DNA of 63,082 nt, filler included, from Reticulomyxa filosa (GCA_000512085.1; 19 parts of 19 records of this genome joined end to end with filler, not necessarily neighbours in it); one strand, 5' to 3'; shown: positions 26,660 through 41,200, counted from the first letter of the whole stretch. Translations and numbers: made by a program. The notes: generated by a model from the sequence alone, not told the origin.

Positions 26660-27447
26660 CAAACATCAAAACATATTTTTAACTTCTCGAAATTCAATAG
26701 GAGCGTCTGGTTTTGATGCTTTTTCCAGAGCGACCAACAATTCCTTCCATTCACCTTTCGCCAACACATACTTAGCTGTTGAGGTAGCTACAGCAGCAAT
26801 TGCCAATCTCTCTGCTTTCTCTTTCACTGAAAACAGTTTCTCGATTAAAAATTTTTGTAATTTTTCTTTTATGTGATGCGGAATTTTCTTCCAAAATGAT
26901 TCAATCTTTTTTTTTTTTTTTTGAAAAAACCCAATGTTATTAAAAAATTGAAACAAAAAAAAAAAAAAAAACTAGGGCATTCGCTATTTCGCGTGTTGCC
27001 TACCTTCTTTTTTTTTTCCTCCCTTTCCTTATTCTCTCATTTGTCACGCGTCCCTTTGTCTCAAAAGTAAAAACAAATATTTAACTTGTTCTCTCAAATA
27101 AATGGCTGCTAATTGTCGCACCTCGGCTTTGGTCGAGTTTTCCAATTGCTGCACCAAACAATTTATGGATTGGGGCTTTTCCATAAAGTCTGCTAACATC
27201 AGTGTCGCTTGTTTCAAGTTTTCATTGTTTGGCTGGGTCATAGCAAATAAAACCCTATAAAATTTCGTCCATGCAACAAAACCCACTCTTACAACTTTTG
27301 ATTTTCACTTCTTTTTTAAAACTTTGTTTCTGACCCCAGAACACTATGTTCTTTTTTCCCTCTCCTGTCTCGTAACTGTTCCAGTTCTTGAGGATTTGTG
27401 AATAGCTTGGAAGCATCCACACTTTGTTGGTTCTCATCTCCGGACAT
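26660..27447 (-). CDS. Importin-beta family (importin-4/Kap123-like) N-terminus, 3' partial
   Basis: Spliced MSGDENQQSV..ELEQ|VLFAMTQPNNENLKQAT..EVRQLAAIYLREQ|IESFWKKIP..GEWKELL: IBN_N and HEAT pattern. Confidence 0.85.
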
Positions 27448-27892
27448 TATTTATTTGGGATTGTTTTATTTACTTTGTTTGAGTTGTGATTTTTCCCGGC
27501 TCAACAAAAAAGTTGAGTTGCGTTTTTTTGGTTTGACAAGATCTTAAAAAGCAATTAATGCGAAAGTTTTATTGGCGTGAGGCTCAAGATTCAGATTTCT
27601 CTTTTTCTGTCTGACTTCATTAATTTTTTCCATCCGTGATAGTACTGAGAACGAACAAATCATTTTTTCTTTATATTGTTCTAGTAACCACAATTAAACT
27701 CAGAAAACCAAATTTTATATTTCTGCGAGCTGAAAAGTGTATTACTTAGAAACAAAACGTCGACCGTTGCTTTAGTATTATTTGAGCCTGCAAACAGGAA
27801 TTTTTACATGGAACGTTGCAATCCCCGTCAATACGTAACGCCAACAGCTCTGATATTCTTTTTCTCCTTCTCAAGCCATCTTTGTAGTTAAA

Positions 27893-28979
27893 ATGCAACA
27901 ACTTTCACCAGCCGAAAATACATTACTTGGATGTTGTGCCGGTGTAATTGAGATATCTTTGCTACAGCCATTCCTTTACTGGAAGAACTCAGTTCAACAA
28001 AAACTCCCATTCACGATAAACCCACGATATTTGTATCGTGGTGTGTTTGCGAGTGCGTTAAACATGGCCACAGCGACAGGTATTCAATTTTTCGGAACTG
28101 GCTTAATTCAAACATATGCCATCGGTGAAGAATCTTTGACAAGACAACTGACCGACAAAGAAATAATCTTTAGTGCTTTGGGTGGAGGAATGATCAGCGG
28201 TTTGATATGTGGTCCCATAGAATTTGTGATGATACAACAACAAGTTATTTTTTTCCCGGAAATTTCCGAGGAAATTTCTCTGAATTTTTTTTTTTGGTGG
28301 TGTGCCCTTTTTTTTTCTTAAAAAAAAATGTAAAATATGTGAACCTAACAGAGGTTTGGAGGCACATTTGGAGGGACCCAATATCGTGTGATTAAAAGCC
28401 ATGGTCCTTTGGCTTTCACACGTGGTGTTGTGACAGCTGTTGGCCGTGAAGGCATTTATACAGCTGGATATTTGGGCATGGTTCCTGTGCTTACGAAAGT
28501 CGCACAAAATTCTGGATATTTTGACAACGTCAATGTCAACGTTTTGCAACTTGGATCAGGTTAGAGACACTTGTGAAACACTTTTTTTCCCCCTTCTTTC
28601 CCCTGTTATTGTCCTATAATTTGTGACTGTGAATAATGTCTGTTATTCTTTCCTTCCAATTTGCACAATCATAATGCATATGCATATGTATGTATATATT
28701 AACAAAAATGAAGGTATTTTTGCTGCTTTTATTGCAAGCTCAACAACTCATCCCATGGATACAATAAAGACGTGTATGCAAGGAGATTTGGAGAGAAAGA
28801 CGTACACGACATTAACAAAAACCGCCATCACCATATATGGGCAGGGTGGAATTAGAAGGTTTTATAACGGATTTGGGTGGAGGTATGCTCGAATGTGTTT
28901 AGCAATGTACATTTTAAACAAAGCTAAAGAAGTGTTGGCTCCTATTCTCTTTCCTCATCATTTTGAAAGTGTAGAGTAA
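27893..28979 (+). CDS. Mitochondrial carrier protein (SLC25), 3 exons
   Basis: Three carrier repeats: QPFLYWKN, GPIEFVMIQQQ and HPMDTIKTCMQ; also REGIYTAGY and FYNGFGWR. Confidence 0.92.
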
Positions 28980-29364
28980 CTAACTTTTTTTTTCAGCTTG
29001 GAATTTAACGTGACAAACCCCAACCTACTTTAAGTTGTGGTTTGTGGGCCATGTTGGGAGGTCAGCACCAATAATCAATTTTTTTAAACTCTAAAACCCT
29101 CGTTTCTCTCTTTCCCTTGGTTTGTTTTTTTCTCTTTCTTTTTGATAGTTTTACATCCATGGTTTTTTCTCAAGTCTTGTGGTAATAATATATATCATGT
29201 AACACTAAACGTGAATGATCATAAGTGTGATTTTTCGCGGAGGATCGAAAAATATTGTTTTGACAAAAGTTTCAAATATTAAAAAGTAGGAATTTTGCCA
29301 CATTTCACTTGATGATATTTGACAAAAAAAAAAAAAATTAAAAAATTAAAAAAAAAAAGAAAAT

Positions 29365-30567
29365 TTAGTCTTCGGACTCGAGGCTTTTGTCATCTCCCTC
29401 GATCGATCTTTTCTTGCGCCCAGAAGAGAACGGGTCATAGGAGTCCAAAATATCAACGATTTTGTAAAAATTTGAATTAACTGCCAACTCACGAGGTGTT
29501 TTACCGTCCGCGTCCTTAACAGAGTGGGATGCGCTATTTTGCAATAAAAGTTCCACAGACAGTTCCTTGTTTTCCAAAGAAGCAGCATGCAGTGGCGTGC
29601 GCCCATTCTGTGACAAATCGCTACTGACACAATTTACATTTCCGCCATGACATATTGCTTCCAAAATGGACAGCAAGTCCTCCAATTTTGCACTTTGATA
29701 TAACTGACAGTTCAATTCTTCGTGCGATTTTTGATCATTCGGATTAACAAATAATTTGAGCATATACTTTTCCTTGATGAACTTTTCTCTCTGGTTTCTA
29801 TTTCATATATGTACACATTTCATATCACTGATTACTTTGTATTGAGAACATATGACAGTCTTAACAACAAAATACAAACCCGAATAAAAGAATAGTTTGC
29901 ATAAAACATACCCTTCGCTGTTGGGATTACATTTGATAAAACTAGAGGGTATGGTATGTTCCAGCAATTGATTGACTTTGGCGTTGCCCAACTTCTGCAA
30001 TACGGCCAAAGTGGTTAATGGGATATCATCTAAACAGATGGATCGTATTTTGGAGACATGCGTTCCTAATGAGCGATGAATGCCACTGCAAGAGAGACAA
30101 ACCACAACCCCTAGGTTAATTGATACCCACTCCGGACTTTTTTGGCCACAATCCGCGCAATTGAGGTTTGCACTCTGAATTTCATTTTTCAGGCTCTCTT
30201 TTTGTTTGTTGCGTTCGGTTTGCAGCTTTGATTTGGTTGACATCGATAAATCACTTGACTTGTTGTGTCATACACATTGCAGCAAATGAAAAAATGAGCA
30301 GAGGAGGGGGGGGGGAGATACACATATTACTTTTTATAAAAGCAAGCAAACTAAACAAATTTTTTGTGTTCTCTGTAAATTTGATTCCTAAGCGTATTCG
30401 TCCACGAGATGAAATCAGTTTCATTTTCAGCTTGTAATGTGTATACCCGACGAGAAGGGGATATCAATTCAAACACATGTTTGAACTCATGATCACTCCG
30501 TTCTTTTACTTTGCAAAGCATTGCATTCACAACAAACTCTCTCATCAAATTCTTTCCAATTCACACA
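29365..30567 (-). CDS. ACAP/centaurin-beta-like PH-ArfGAP-ankyrin protein, 5' partial
   Basis: PH end [19 protein letters not shown], ArfGAP CADC-x16[12 protein letters not shown], and ankyrin GRTPLHAA / DADGKTP. Confidence 0.93.
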
Positions 30568-31907
30568 NNNNNNNNNNNNNNNNNNNNNNNNNNNNNNNNN
30601 NNNNNNNNNNNTTAATTAATTAANNNNNNNNNNNNNNNNNNNNNNNNNNNNNNNNNNNNNNNNNNNNAAAAAAAAAAAAAAAAAAAAAAAGATAAAATAA
30701 AGGGAGAGGTGTTGCAAGGGGAAAAAAAATTAGCCCGTGCCATGGGGGGAGAGGGGAGGAGGAGGGAGGAAGAAGGAGGAATATTTTTTTTTGCTGTTTT
30801 TTGTGTTACATAAATCCCCTCTCCTCCCTTTTCACCCCCTTTTTTCACCTGTTGCATGATGCAAATGGTTGCCATCGAAGGGCGGGGGACACTATTCAGT
30901 TTTGCCAGTTTTTTTCCCTTTTTTTTTTTTTTTTTTTTTTTTTGAGCCTTTTTTTTTGTTGTTGTGTACTTCGCTTTTTGTTATTTTGTTTGGTTTACAA
31001 ATATTGAAAAAACCATATGTTTGATGTACATAGGGTTTGTTTTGTTTGTATGTTTTTTCCAGCCCCTTAGTTTTTTTTTTTGTTTTTTTTTGTTCAAAAA
31101 AAAAAAAATCGGTGACTAGATGTGAACAATCTATTAAGTTGTTTTGAGAGAAAGAGTGCAATGTAAAAAAAAAAAAATTTTAAGTTGATTTGTTCACACC
31201 TCGTAAACAAATTTGACATTTTATCAAAACGTTTCTTTTTATTTTTTTTTTTTGTTGTTGTCCATCTTACTTTTCAACGGAAAAAAAATGTGCGTGCGTA
31301 GTAAAGACACATCTCCCCAGGTCTTTTGCAGGCGAAATTTCACTATGCGGGTAACACGTATAGCGATCACAGAGACGAGTGCTCACTAGGAATTGGAATT
31401 TTCACACAAATAATCTTTTAATGAAAAAGAGATACGCAATTGAAAGAATATTCTAAATACGGAAATAATTTTACGCATTTTTCCAAAAAGCACACACAAA
31501 AAGTACTACAGCTGTTTCAAAAGGCATTGAATGCCCAACGGACAATAAAATGACGTTGAAGTAAAACATGTCCTCAAAGCCAATTCAACGATATGCAATG
31601 CAAACTAAGCCGAGGGCAATGTGTCAAAGACAACGTGTCTGCATGTCACAGAATACATTAAGCCTATGAATAGAATATGCACCGTGAAAATGCAATAAGA
31701 ATGTCAGATTTACAATCTTCGAATTCATTAGAGTTATCTTTCATTGTTTTCCATTTTTAAACTTTAAAATAAGCCATTCAAAAAAGGAATAGCACACATT
31801 TTTTTTTGTGAGAAGGAAAAGGGTAGGTTCAAGTATTGAAAGGGGAAACCCATATTGCATTTTTTGGTGCTATCATCAAGTATAAAACTATTAAGAAAAC
31901 ACTTGCA

Positions 31908-32522
31908 ATGTTATCACAAAAAGATGAGGAAAAAGCGGAAGGTACAAATAGGATATTACAACTGCCAAAACCACGGAACTGAAATAAAATAATTAACGCT
32001 TGATGAAAACTAACCTAAAAAAAAAGGAAAAAAAAGAGTTTGTTGTTGTTTCCAAAACAACAGAAAGCACTTGGATATGTTTAAATTGTGAGAGAATTAA
32101 TAAAAACACGTTTGTCCAATGCATTGATTGTAGAACTCCAAGGAAGGCCACAAGTATATACGTCACTGAGTTACACTGCGGTTGTGTCTGTGCTCTGTTT
32201 TGTTTTGTTTTATATCACTCTATTTTTTTTTTGGAGTCAGTTAAAAAATCCCCCAAAAAAACAGAGCGAGTATACCTTGGAGAAATAACAAAGAGTTCCA
32301 ATATATAGTAGCATTAGATTTTGGCACAGACGGAACGGCGATGGCAGTGACCGAAGTAAAGCAAAAGACTCCAAAGTATATATTGTCGATTGGACGACCT
32401 CCGGAATTGCAGATGTCAATGACTCCACGGGAAAAACCAAAACAGCATTATTGCTCGATCATAATCGTCAACCTATTGCCTTTGGAAATGAAGCGTGGAA
32501 CAAGTCTTTATATACGTGTATA
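31908..32522 (+). CDS. RanBP2-type zinc finger fused to HSPA12-like atypical Hsp70, 3' partial, 1-nt frameshift ~32358
   Basis: WICLNCERINKNTFVQCIDCRTPR (W-x-C-x2-C-x3-N-x6-C-x2-C), then YIVALDFGTDGTAMA and KTKTALLLD..IAFGNEAW. Confidence 0.7.
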
Positions 32523-32679
32523 NNNNNNNNNNNNNNNNNNNNNNNNNNNNNNNNNNNNNNNNNNNNTTAATTAATTAANNNNNNNNNNNNNNNNNNNNNN
32601 NNNNNNNNNNNNNNNNNNNNNNACTCACACACACACACACACACATAAATCAACAAAACTTTTGAAAATCGAACTAAAC

Positions 32680-34137
32680 TGGAGCCATCAATGATCCCAA
32701 TGTTTTATACTTGGGCATTGTGGTGAGTTGGTTGTCACTTTGCTTCGGAGGCGTATTCATTTGAGCGAGCAGGTCACTCAGCCAAGGCAGACAAGTCCAC
32801 CAAACGTGTACGCTTAACCAAGGTGCAAGACGACGAGGGCTTGATGGCACTACGCGTCATTGTGCATTCACAAAAAGTTTTATTCGTGTTTATATTTTGT
32901 GAAAAGGTTGTATTTCAAAAAGTACACAAACAAATGTATACATATACATATACATATATATATATATATGTATATGTATATGTATATATAATAACAGGGC
33001 TTTTGCGATTTTTTTCGTTCAGTTTGAAGGATCTCGTACTGCTTTATATACGAGGGCACATTAGCTCCAATCGCCAAATACAATTGATAGGCTCGGAAAT
33101 ATTCATAAAAATCGCACGTTTGGTTTGGAACGGCTTGGCTGAATTTGGAGTCGGTTTGCCAATAGGTGTGCAATATGTAATGATTGTTTGGATCTTGATC
33201 ATAGGACAGACTGGACGATGGAGGTGCTTTGGATTTCTCCAGAGGTCCGCATTTCCATTTCAAACTACAGTTCAACGCAAAGCAACAGCTGTCGAGCAAT
33301 GCATGTGCTTTGTTGACAGGAACTTGGCACATTTCATCCAGGCTCCGAACTTTATTCATTTCGAACATCATCAGATCTGGTGTAATGATGTTCACTGCAA
33401 TGTTCGAGCAGGACATGTTTAAATGATTTAATTTCCAATTTATTTTTGTATTTTGCATATTCAATTCCTATACATACAATCAAAGAATGTTACATTTGTG
33501 TTAGTCTAGCTGTAAGAAGTAAAACAATAAACGCAATAGCTTTTTACCAAGTAGTTGTTAAAAAATGGAGTCTTTAGCAAACATAAATTTGTATGTTCCA
33601 AGTGTATTTGCACACGTCCATGATATTTGTACCGCATTTTATCCCACCACATTAACTTACTGAATTTCTATTTTTATATCATACATATATGTATATATGT
33701 ATATATGTATATATGTATATATGTATATATGTATATATTTTATATCCCTTGGCTATGATAGCAAAAGAGTTAATAGGAAACTGAAGGAGGCTCGAATTTG
33801 CTAAATTTGGCAAAGGCATCGGCCAACCGCGTGTACTCCTCTTCCATAGACTTGCCATACGCGAGCAGACTTTTTGCACCGTTGTCGTCTTTGCCATTGA
33901 ACTCTACGGTCAAGTCTATATAGTACTTTGCGGGACTTAACGAATGTGACTCCAATTGCATTCGCACCCTTGGCGACAAACGAACGAACTGTTGCGTCCG
34001 ATGTTTCTCTGGACATTGCAGCTGTCCACACATCACTCGGCCTTGTATTCCTAAGCGTGGAGATGACATTATTGGTAATGCATATCCACTCAACCAAAGA
34101 CAAAAGTCGTTGCCACTGACTGTGATTATTCTAATCC

Positions 34138-34176
<39 letters not shown>

Positions 34177-34570
34177 GTTATTGTTATTAGAGAAAGGACA
34201 ATGATAGTAAAAAATAAACTTGGACCACAGCTCGTAAAAAGGAACCGAAAAAATGACGTGGTCAGTTGGATTTGCGGTTTTGAATGAGTCCAAATCCATC
34301 AATACCATTAGCGTCTCGGACAACGATTGGCATTCCTCGTCAACGGCGGCGTGAATTCGAACATCTTTTGCGTTCAATTGAAACAAGCTGCTAAAGATTT
34401 CTTCCAGCGCTTGAATCTTTTTTATCTTTTTTTTTTTATCATTTGATAACTTGCGACTATTTAAAAAAAAAAAAAAGGACAAAACATCTTCGTCAATATC
34501 GATATCGTGAATTGGGTTACTCGTGTTAAACCCCCATTTCTTGCGCATATCTATCATGTAGTTCCACTGT
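32680..34570 (-). CDS. Hobbit/Fmp27/SABRE/KIAA0100 (BLTP2) bridge-like lipid transfer protein, internal fragment
   Basis: LSGYALPI..SPAKYYIDL..LAYGKSMEE..FSKFEPPS|..LMWWDKMRYKYHG matches the GFWDK-domain signature. Multiple introns. Confidence 0.8.
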
Positions 34571-35174
34571 ACGACACAATATACATATACATATATATGT
34601 ATATGTATATATAAATGTATATGTATATGTATATAGATCTTTGTTTGAAATAAATCATTGATGATCACACCACAAATGCACATATACACTTAAAAAAAAA
34701 AAAAAATCGAAANNNNNNNNNNNNNNNNNNNNNNNNNNNNNNNNNNNNNNNNNNNNTTAATTAATTAANNNNNNNNNNNNNNNNNNNNNNNNNNNNNNNN
34801 NNNNNNNNNNNNAAAGTTTTTTTTTTTTTTTGTAATTGATGTTTAAAGCTATTTTGCCTTTTCAGCATGTTATTAATATTGAACTTATCTATCTTCAAAG
34901 TTTTATTCAGTAGCACATAATTCAACGATTACGCAAAAAAACCCCAAAAAAAAATTAATGACAAAATACTTGCGTTTTGTTCTTCTTTGAGGTTAAAAGA
35001 AATTTAAATATGATTTTAGAGAATTACAACAAACCACTAGTTATTTCCTTTCGGCTTTGTATATGTTAATTTTTTTTTTTTTTTTTTTTTTATACATATA
35101 TCCAAGACAATGTCGCAATCTTATCGTAAAAAACACAAATGCAAAATTATCATTTGTGTTCATTTTTGTTTTTC

Positions 35175-36395
35175 TCAAGCAATGAACTCAGAACAATTCA
35201 ACGGAGCATCTTCCAACTGCGCAGACATTGCAGAGTTGTTACGCACTTGCACAGTGTGCTGCGTTTGTATTGTTTCAATTAATTGTTTGAATCGTTGTTG
35301 ATCCACGTGATAATGGAGCAAAAGATCGTACATGGCCTTGACTCGAAGTGGCTTGGTCGCGCCAGTGAAATGCTTCCACAACAGGCTACTATTTCTAGCA
35401 AAGCTCGATACATCAAATTTGGAGTTTGTGCTCAAAGATCTATCATTCATGATCGAAAGGAAATGATCGTAAGTATAATACGACAAATTGAACAGCTTCC
35501 CAGAGGCTAATACATACTGTTCATAAGGATGTCGATCATTGAATTTGGATCTGTATCATTCCACCAATCTCGCAGCAGACACTTGCTCCAAAGTGGAGTG
35601 ACTCCGTGCGGGATGTAAAATAACATCAATCCAGTATTTCCCTGGTTCGAATAAGGTTGATCGGAAGCAATCAAAAGACAATGATCACATTTGGAAGGGT
35701 CGATTGTTGAACTGGCCTTCCTTGTACGTGACATAAAATCTGAAATTGTATTATTCCAATTGATAAATACAATATCACTATCCAAAAATAGCAAAAATGA
35801 CGTATTGTTATCAGTATGTTCCCACGATCCCTTCTCCTTGTCTGCACGTTTCTCGAGTTGAGTAAATGCATCATAGATGCTCAATAACTTGCACCACGGA
35901 CTTGCACGTCGGATCGCACGACCATTATGTGCACACGTGTAATAATCTTTTTGTCGGATTTGTGACACGTCATTTTGCTCTCCGATTACATAGTGATATA
36001 ACCAAAAGTCTAAGTTGTGTGTCTTTGCGTACAGATAATTTAGCACTACTGAATACGAAAAGTATATGTGCTTCGTGCTCAAATCGGTCATGTTGCTGGT
36101 GAGATGGCGGTTATCTGACATTATTATCGTGCCTATTGAAATACCTTTGCTCGTTGCCAAAGAATGAGGAAGCTGGTTATCACGTGCTATTGCATTGTCC
36201 CATAGAAACGTCCAAAAAAATATCAATGCCACAACGGTGATTGTTACAACACACACCACCTTTTTTATATAGTTTAAACGCCAAATTCACTATTTTTTTA
36301 AATATATGGTTCTTTTTTTCTCCCTTCTTTTCTTCCCTTTCGACTGTGAAAAGAGAGAGGGCAGCCTTCTTAACAGCCAGTTTGAGATACTTCAT
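35175..36395 (-). CDS. GT34-like glycosyltransferase (type II membrane), 1-nt frameshift ~35545
   Basis: N-terminal TM; RASPWCKLLSI, LLFLDSDIVF (DxD), NTGLML and LRDWW. One added A restores FNDRHPYEQYVL. Short first exon MKYLKLA. Confidence 0.8.
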
Positions 36396-36858
36396 GGTTC
36401 AATTTCCTGTTGACAATGATTAGAATCAATTCTTCATTCAGGAAAGATTAATACTAGCGATTATTATTGAAAAGATTTTTAAAAAAATTTTTAACATTTT
36501 TTTTTAGCAAAGTAGGAGATACCAAAAAGCAGAGCGGAATGAAAGTCTTCTTGGGACATAATAAAGACAGTAAATTTTTCTTTGTTCACATCAATGTTAT
36601 CTTACAGGGTCACTTTTTAAAAGACACAAGACTAATAATAGGTATTACTTTCTTTCAAACTGAAAAAAACACACAAGTGGAAACAAAGACAAAAGAATGA
36701 TACATTAGTTTTTTGATGTTTAAAATTTTTTGTGTGATGAAAGGATGGTCAGTTAGATTCTTGGAAATGAAATTGTAAGATCAGTAAAAATAAAAATAGA
36801 AAAAAATGTCTGTACTGAGGTGCCTGTTGGAAACAAAACTACAAAAAAAAGATGTGTA

Positions 36859-37999
36859 TTAGAAATTACTGGTGACCGCACTGACTTCTTCAGCGACAGA
36901 GTCCATGCCAGCCTCATTGCTTTGGGTGGAGGCAGAAGATTGTCGCTTTGATTTGGAGAAAATGTTAGGTGTGAGTGCGCCAACAAAAATGGAATATAAA
37001 GTGTCACTCGTGTGCTGTTGCAAATTGCGATCATGCATTAGTTCCATCATAAAAAACAAGGCCAACTTTTGAACGTCTTGGTCATTCAACACATTAGTAA
37101 CAGTATCTTTGCTAAGGTGAACTGCTTCCTTTCGAACACTATCATCATTCAACACATTATTCAATGCATTAACCAATTTGTCTTGATTCTCTTTCGACTC
37201 AATCGCACTGCCAATTAAATACTTGCATTGTTCAATCACCATATTATCATTGAATACATGTATCACCAACTGCTTCAATGAATCAACAACTTGAGCACAA
37301 TGAATGTATATATGTATATGTAATAAGTGATGTGTTTGTAAAGTGTAAAACGTTTTTTTTTTTTTTTTTTTTTTTTTTTTGAGGTTGCATGTTGAGTGAA
37401 AATATACCTTTTGGCTGCATAATCAAATCAGTCAGCAACAGTTCCAAAACTTGGGTTGTTTGTGGAGATTTCAAGATTTCCAACAAAAATTGTTGGGTGG
37501 TGCCAATGACACGTTCGTCTTGCAACACTTGCAAAAACAACTTCTTGCTTGTTTCCACTGCTGTCATTTGCAGCTCTTCGTCGCTTATTGTCCTGGAGGT
37601 TATATTTGCCGTTGACTGTGTCAGATACGCTTCAATATAATCCCAAAACCAATATACACCTATTCCAATACATGTCAGTAGCGACAACACACGAACGGCC
37701 AACATTCTTGTCCACTTGCGATATACTTCGTGCATGTGCTGCCATGTCAATGGATGATGTGCACTGCCTGTGGTACCACTTGCATTGCTGCTGCTATTTG
37801 ATACTTGATTTGTATCTTCGCCGCTACTTTGATTTATTGTTGATGATAATTGAGGAGACGTTTTTGTCGCTTGTGCTGTCCCATCTACTGTATTATTCGT
37901 GCTCAAGTTATTCAAACGCAGGCTAAAACCACTTCCTACTGGAAACCTTTTTTTAAATAACGGCGACGTTACCAGACGAAAAAGTCGTAGTCCCTTCAT
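36859..37999 (-). CDS. Hypothetical single-TM helical protein, likely mitochondrion-targeted, 2 exons
   Basis: Arg/Leu-rich acid-free N-terminus, one TM (VLSLLTCIGIGVYWFW) and helical repeats ending LQQHTSDTLY. Confidence 0.7.
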
Positions 38000-38262
38000 T
38001 ATCTAAAGTAAATTATGCAATTTGTGTGCTTCTGCTTCAGAAATCACTCGAAAATTCTAGCAAAATGAAGGATTTGAAAAATAAAAAACTAGGACCACTG
38101 AACGACGTACCAAAAGAAGAGATTATAAATCTGCTCGCACAAATGTCCTATTTTTATTTTGCTGTCTATTGTTTGTATGTCAAACAAAACCTGAGTAGAC
38201 GTTTTGATGACACTGAAAATTATTTAAAAAAAGGGGCCAAAAAATAAAGAAAGGATAGAAGG

Positions 38263-41200
38263 ATGTTTGTCATAAAATTTTCAAAGTATGGTATTTTAGG
38301 ACTTTTATTTTGCGCGTTTTTACAACATGTGGTGATGGAATATGTGTATGTGAAAGGTTTTCTGCTAATGAAAAAAGAGGTTCCAACAACAAGCAAATGT
38401 GAGGAGCTACCACTATTTCCAACAAATCTGACCGAGGAGGATTTAAAAAGCAGATATGGCTACGTGAGACCAGAGAACACGAGAGGTTGCTGGACCCCAA
38501 TTCAATACGACCGAGTGTTGTTATTTTTGATCGACGCATTAAAGATGGACTTTGTATTACCCTCGTATCTAATGAGCGGAATTGAGGAACATTCCGGGAA
38601 CAGAACCAGCAATCCACTATACTATCGAAACAAAATGCGAGCAATCGAGAGGACATTAAAAACGGAAGTGTTGCATTCGAAGCTGTACGGATTCGTGAGT
38701 GACCCCCCAACAGTGACAGCGGAGCGTATCAAAGGATTGATGACGGGAAGCCTTCCCACGTTCAAAGACATAACCGACTCGTTCGATTCGAAGCAAGTGC
38801 AAGTGGACAACGTATTATCGCAAATGCACGAAACGAGACATTTGCGAATAAATTTTATGGGCGACGAAATATGGAAAAGTATATTTGACAAGCCCAAGTC
38901 GAATGCAAGGCAAAGTATGTTCAAATACTTTGAAGGATTTCCATCGTTGGACATCTTTGACCTGCACACGGTAGATCGCGGATGTAAGCGACATTTAAGC
39001 AAGTCACTGGAGCAGTTAGTGGACGAATGGGACGTGTTGATCGCCCATTTCCAAGGAGTGGACCATGTGGGCCATCGTTACCAAATGAACCACATTGCAA
39101 TGCAGGACAAGCTGGAAGAAATGGACGACGTCATCAACGACACACTGACCTGGATTCGACATTATCATAGCACGCATCCTCAGGAACACATCCTGTTGAT
39201 GGTATTTGGGGACCATGGAATGACGGATAGTGGAGACCACGGAGGGGCCTCTGACAACGAGGTTAATGCCGGCTTGTTTGTATATACCACTCGTGCTTTG
39301 ACAGACCCCTTGGATCAGCGGCAGGTTCAGACTGTCCCGCAAATCAATTTGGTTAGTACATTGTCGCTGTTGCTGGGCCTGCCCATCCCCTTTTCGAACA
39401 TTGGCTCAATCATTTGGGAACTGTTCTTCACCGCCGAAGAAAACTTGAATTGGATGCATGGCTTGTTGATCAATGCGCTGCAGGTCAATCGGTACCTGTT
39501 TGAGTCGCGCTTATTTCACTCGTCGACTAGGCCGGATGGGGGAGAGGAGTGGATGCATGTTCAGATCACATTGCAACGTGCACTTGATGCTTGCCATGTC
39601 CAACGCATGGACACGCAACAATGCATTCGCGCGTTTGAAGACTTTTTTGCTCTCGTCTATCAACAGTGCAAACTCAAATGGACCACATTTCATTTGGATT
39701 GGATGCTCGCAGCCATTGCTATTGGACTCATCGCTTTCTTTGCGATTGTTACTTACGTGCTCTCATTTGCGTCCTGTTCACCTCGCTCCTTCCTCTTTGT
39801 CGTCCTCGCGCTTCTTATGTATTTCCAGGCTCTGTTCACTGACAGCTATCTTCTTTATGAAAAACAATTGCTCCTCTTTTTGTCCATTTTCACTTTGCTG
39901 TTCATCGCTGCCAACTTGGTCTGCCGCTCCAGCCATTCTCTTCTTCCTTTTCACCACTCGTCACAATTGCTACCCTTTCTTGCTCTTGCCATGCTTGCAC
40001 TAAGGTCTTGCGGACTGGGGCAAGATATGGATACTGACAGTCAAGTTGTCTAGATTTGTACACTTTTTTTTTTTCTAGACTGAAATACAAATTGATTCCA
40101 CATGTGTGTACATACACATATTTATGTATATGTTTATGTATGTGCATACATCTATATGGATCTTGATGTATTACGTTTTTTTTTTGCTCATGGCCAATCT
40201 TTTGTTGTTAGACGCGTGGATCTCTTCATATAATGGAACATGGATGTCGTTAATTGTATCGGTCGTCCGCGTCATGGGATGTCTGCTTGCGCTGGTTGGT
40301 TATTATGCACATCTCTTTGCTTTTAACACTTGTCGAGACAATCAAAATAAAGCTGCCTTTTCTTTATATTGGCTCATTTTTGCGTTGACTATTGCTGCGC
40401 ATGGGTTGGTGGCTGGCTATTGGGTCTGTGTTTCGCATGGATTGCCAGACAAAACTACCGTTTGGTGGTATGGATGCCATTATTGCTGGCTTGGTCTAAT
40501 TGGCATATTTGTTTTGCAATGTGTCGCAGTTGTCGCGACGATTGGTTTACATTTCATTTGTAAACGCCACAAAACATCAAATAATGCACGAGCTGTAGAT
40601 ATCAATGATATGATCAAATGCTTCTATCAAGTGTTGTACTCATTTTTGCCATTCATTTTAGTCATGCTGGGACCTCAAAGCAGCAGTCTACTCGTCTCTT
40701 ACTTGTTGTTTATCGTGTCCATTTCCAAACTCATCGCTTGTGAAGGCTCTCGACCCAATATCTTATATGTATGGGTGTCGTGGCTTTTTCTACATCTCAT
40801 GTTTTTCGCAACGGGCCATGCATGCCATTTCGGAAAATTGCCAGTTAAGTATACTTGTTGAAATAGCAATTAACTAATGAGGAAAACAAATAATTGAAAC
40901 ACTTTGGCCTGCTTATATGGTATATGCACACTGTAATAGTGGAAAGTCGCCTTTGTTGGTGGATTGGAATATAATTATCATTTGGCTGCTATACTAGTGT
41001 TTTTGCACTACAGTACTGGCTATTTCTTGGGAGTTTTGTCTATTCCTTTGATCCTTTTACATTCGCTCAAATGGCGGAAATACGACAAACATGACGACAC
41101 TCAAAAACATCCTGCTCAAAGAACGTCTCTTGTTGTTGAAATAATCAATCAATATATCATGTCTATTGTCTTTCTCAACAATTTCTTGTTGTGTGTTCCA

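Noticed and set aside
31310-31400. GC-richer intergenic island as snRNA/ncRNA
   Set aside because: No recognisable U1/U2/U5/U6/SRP motif on either strand.
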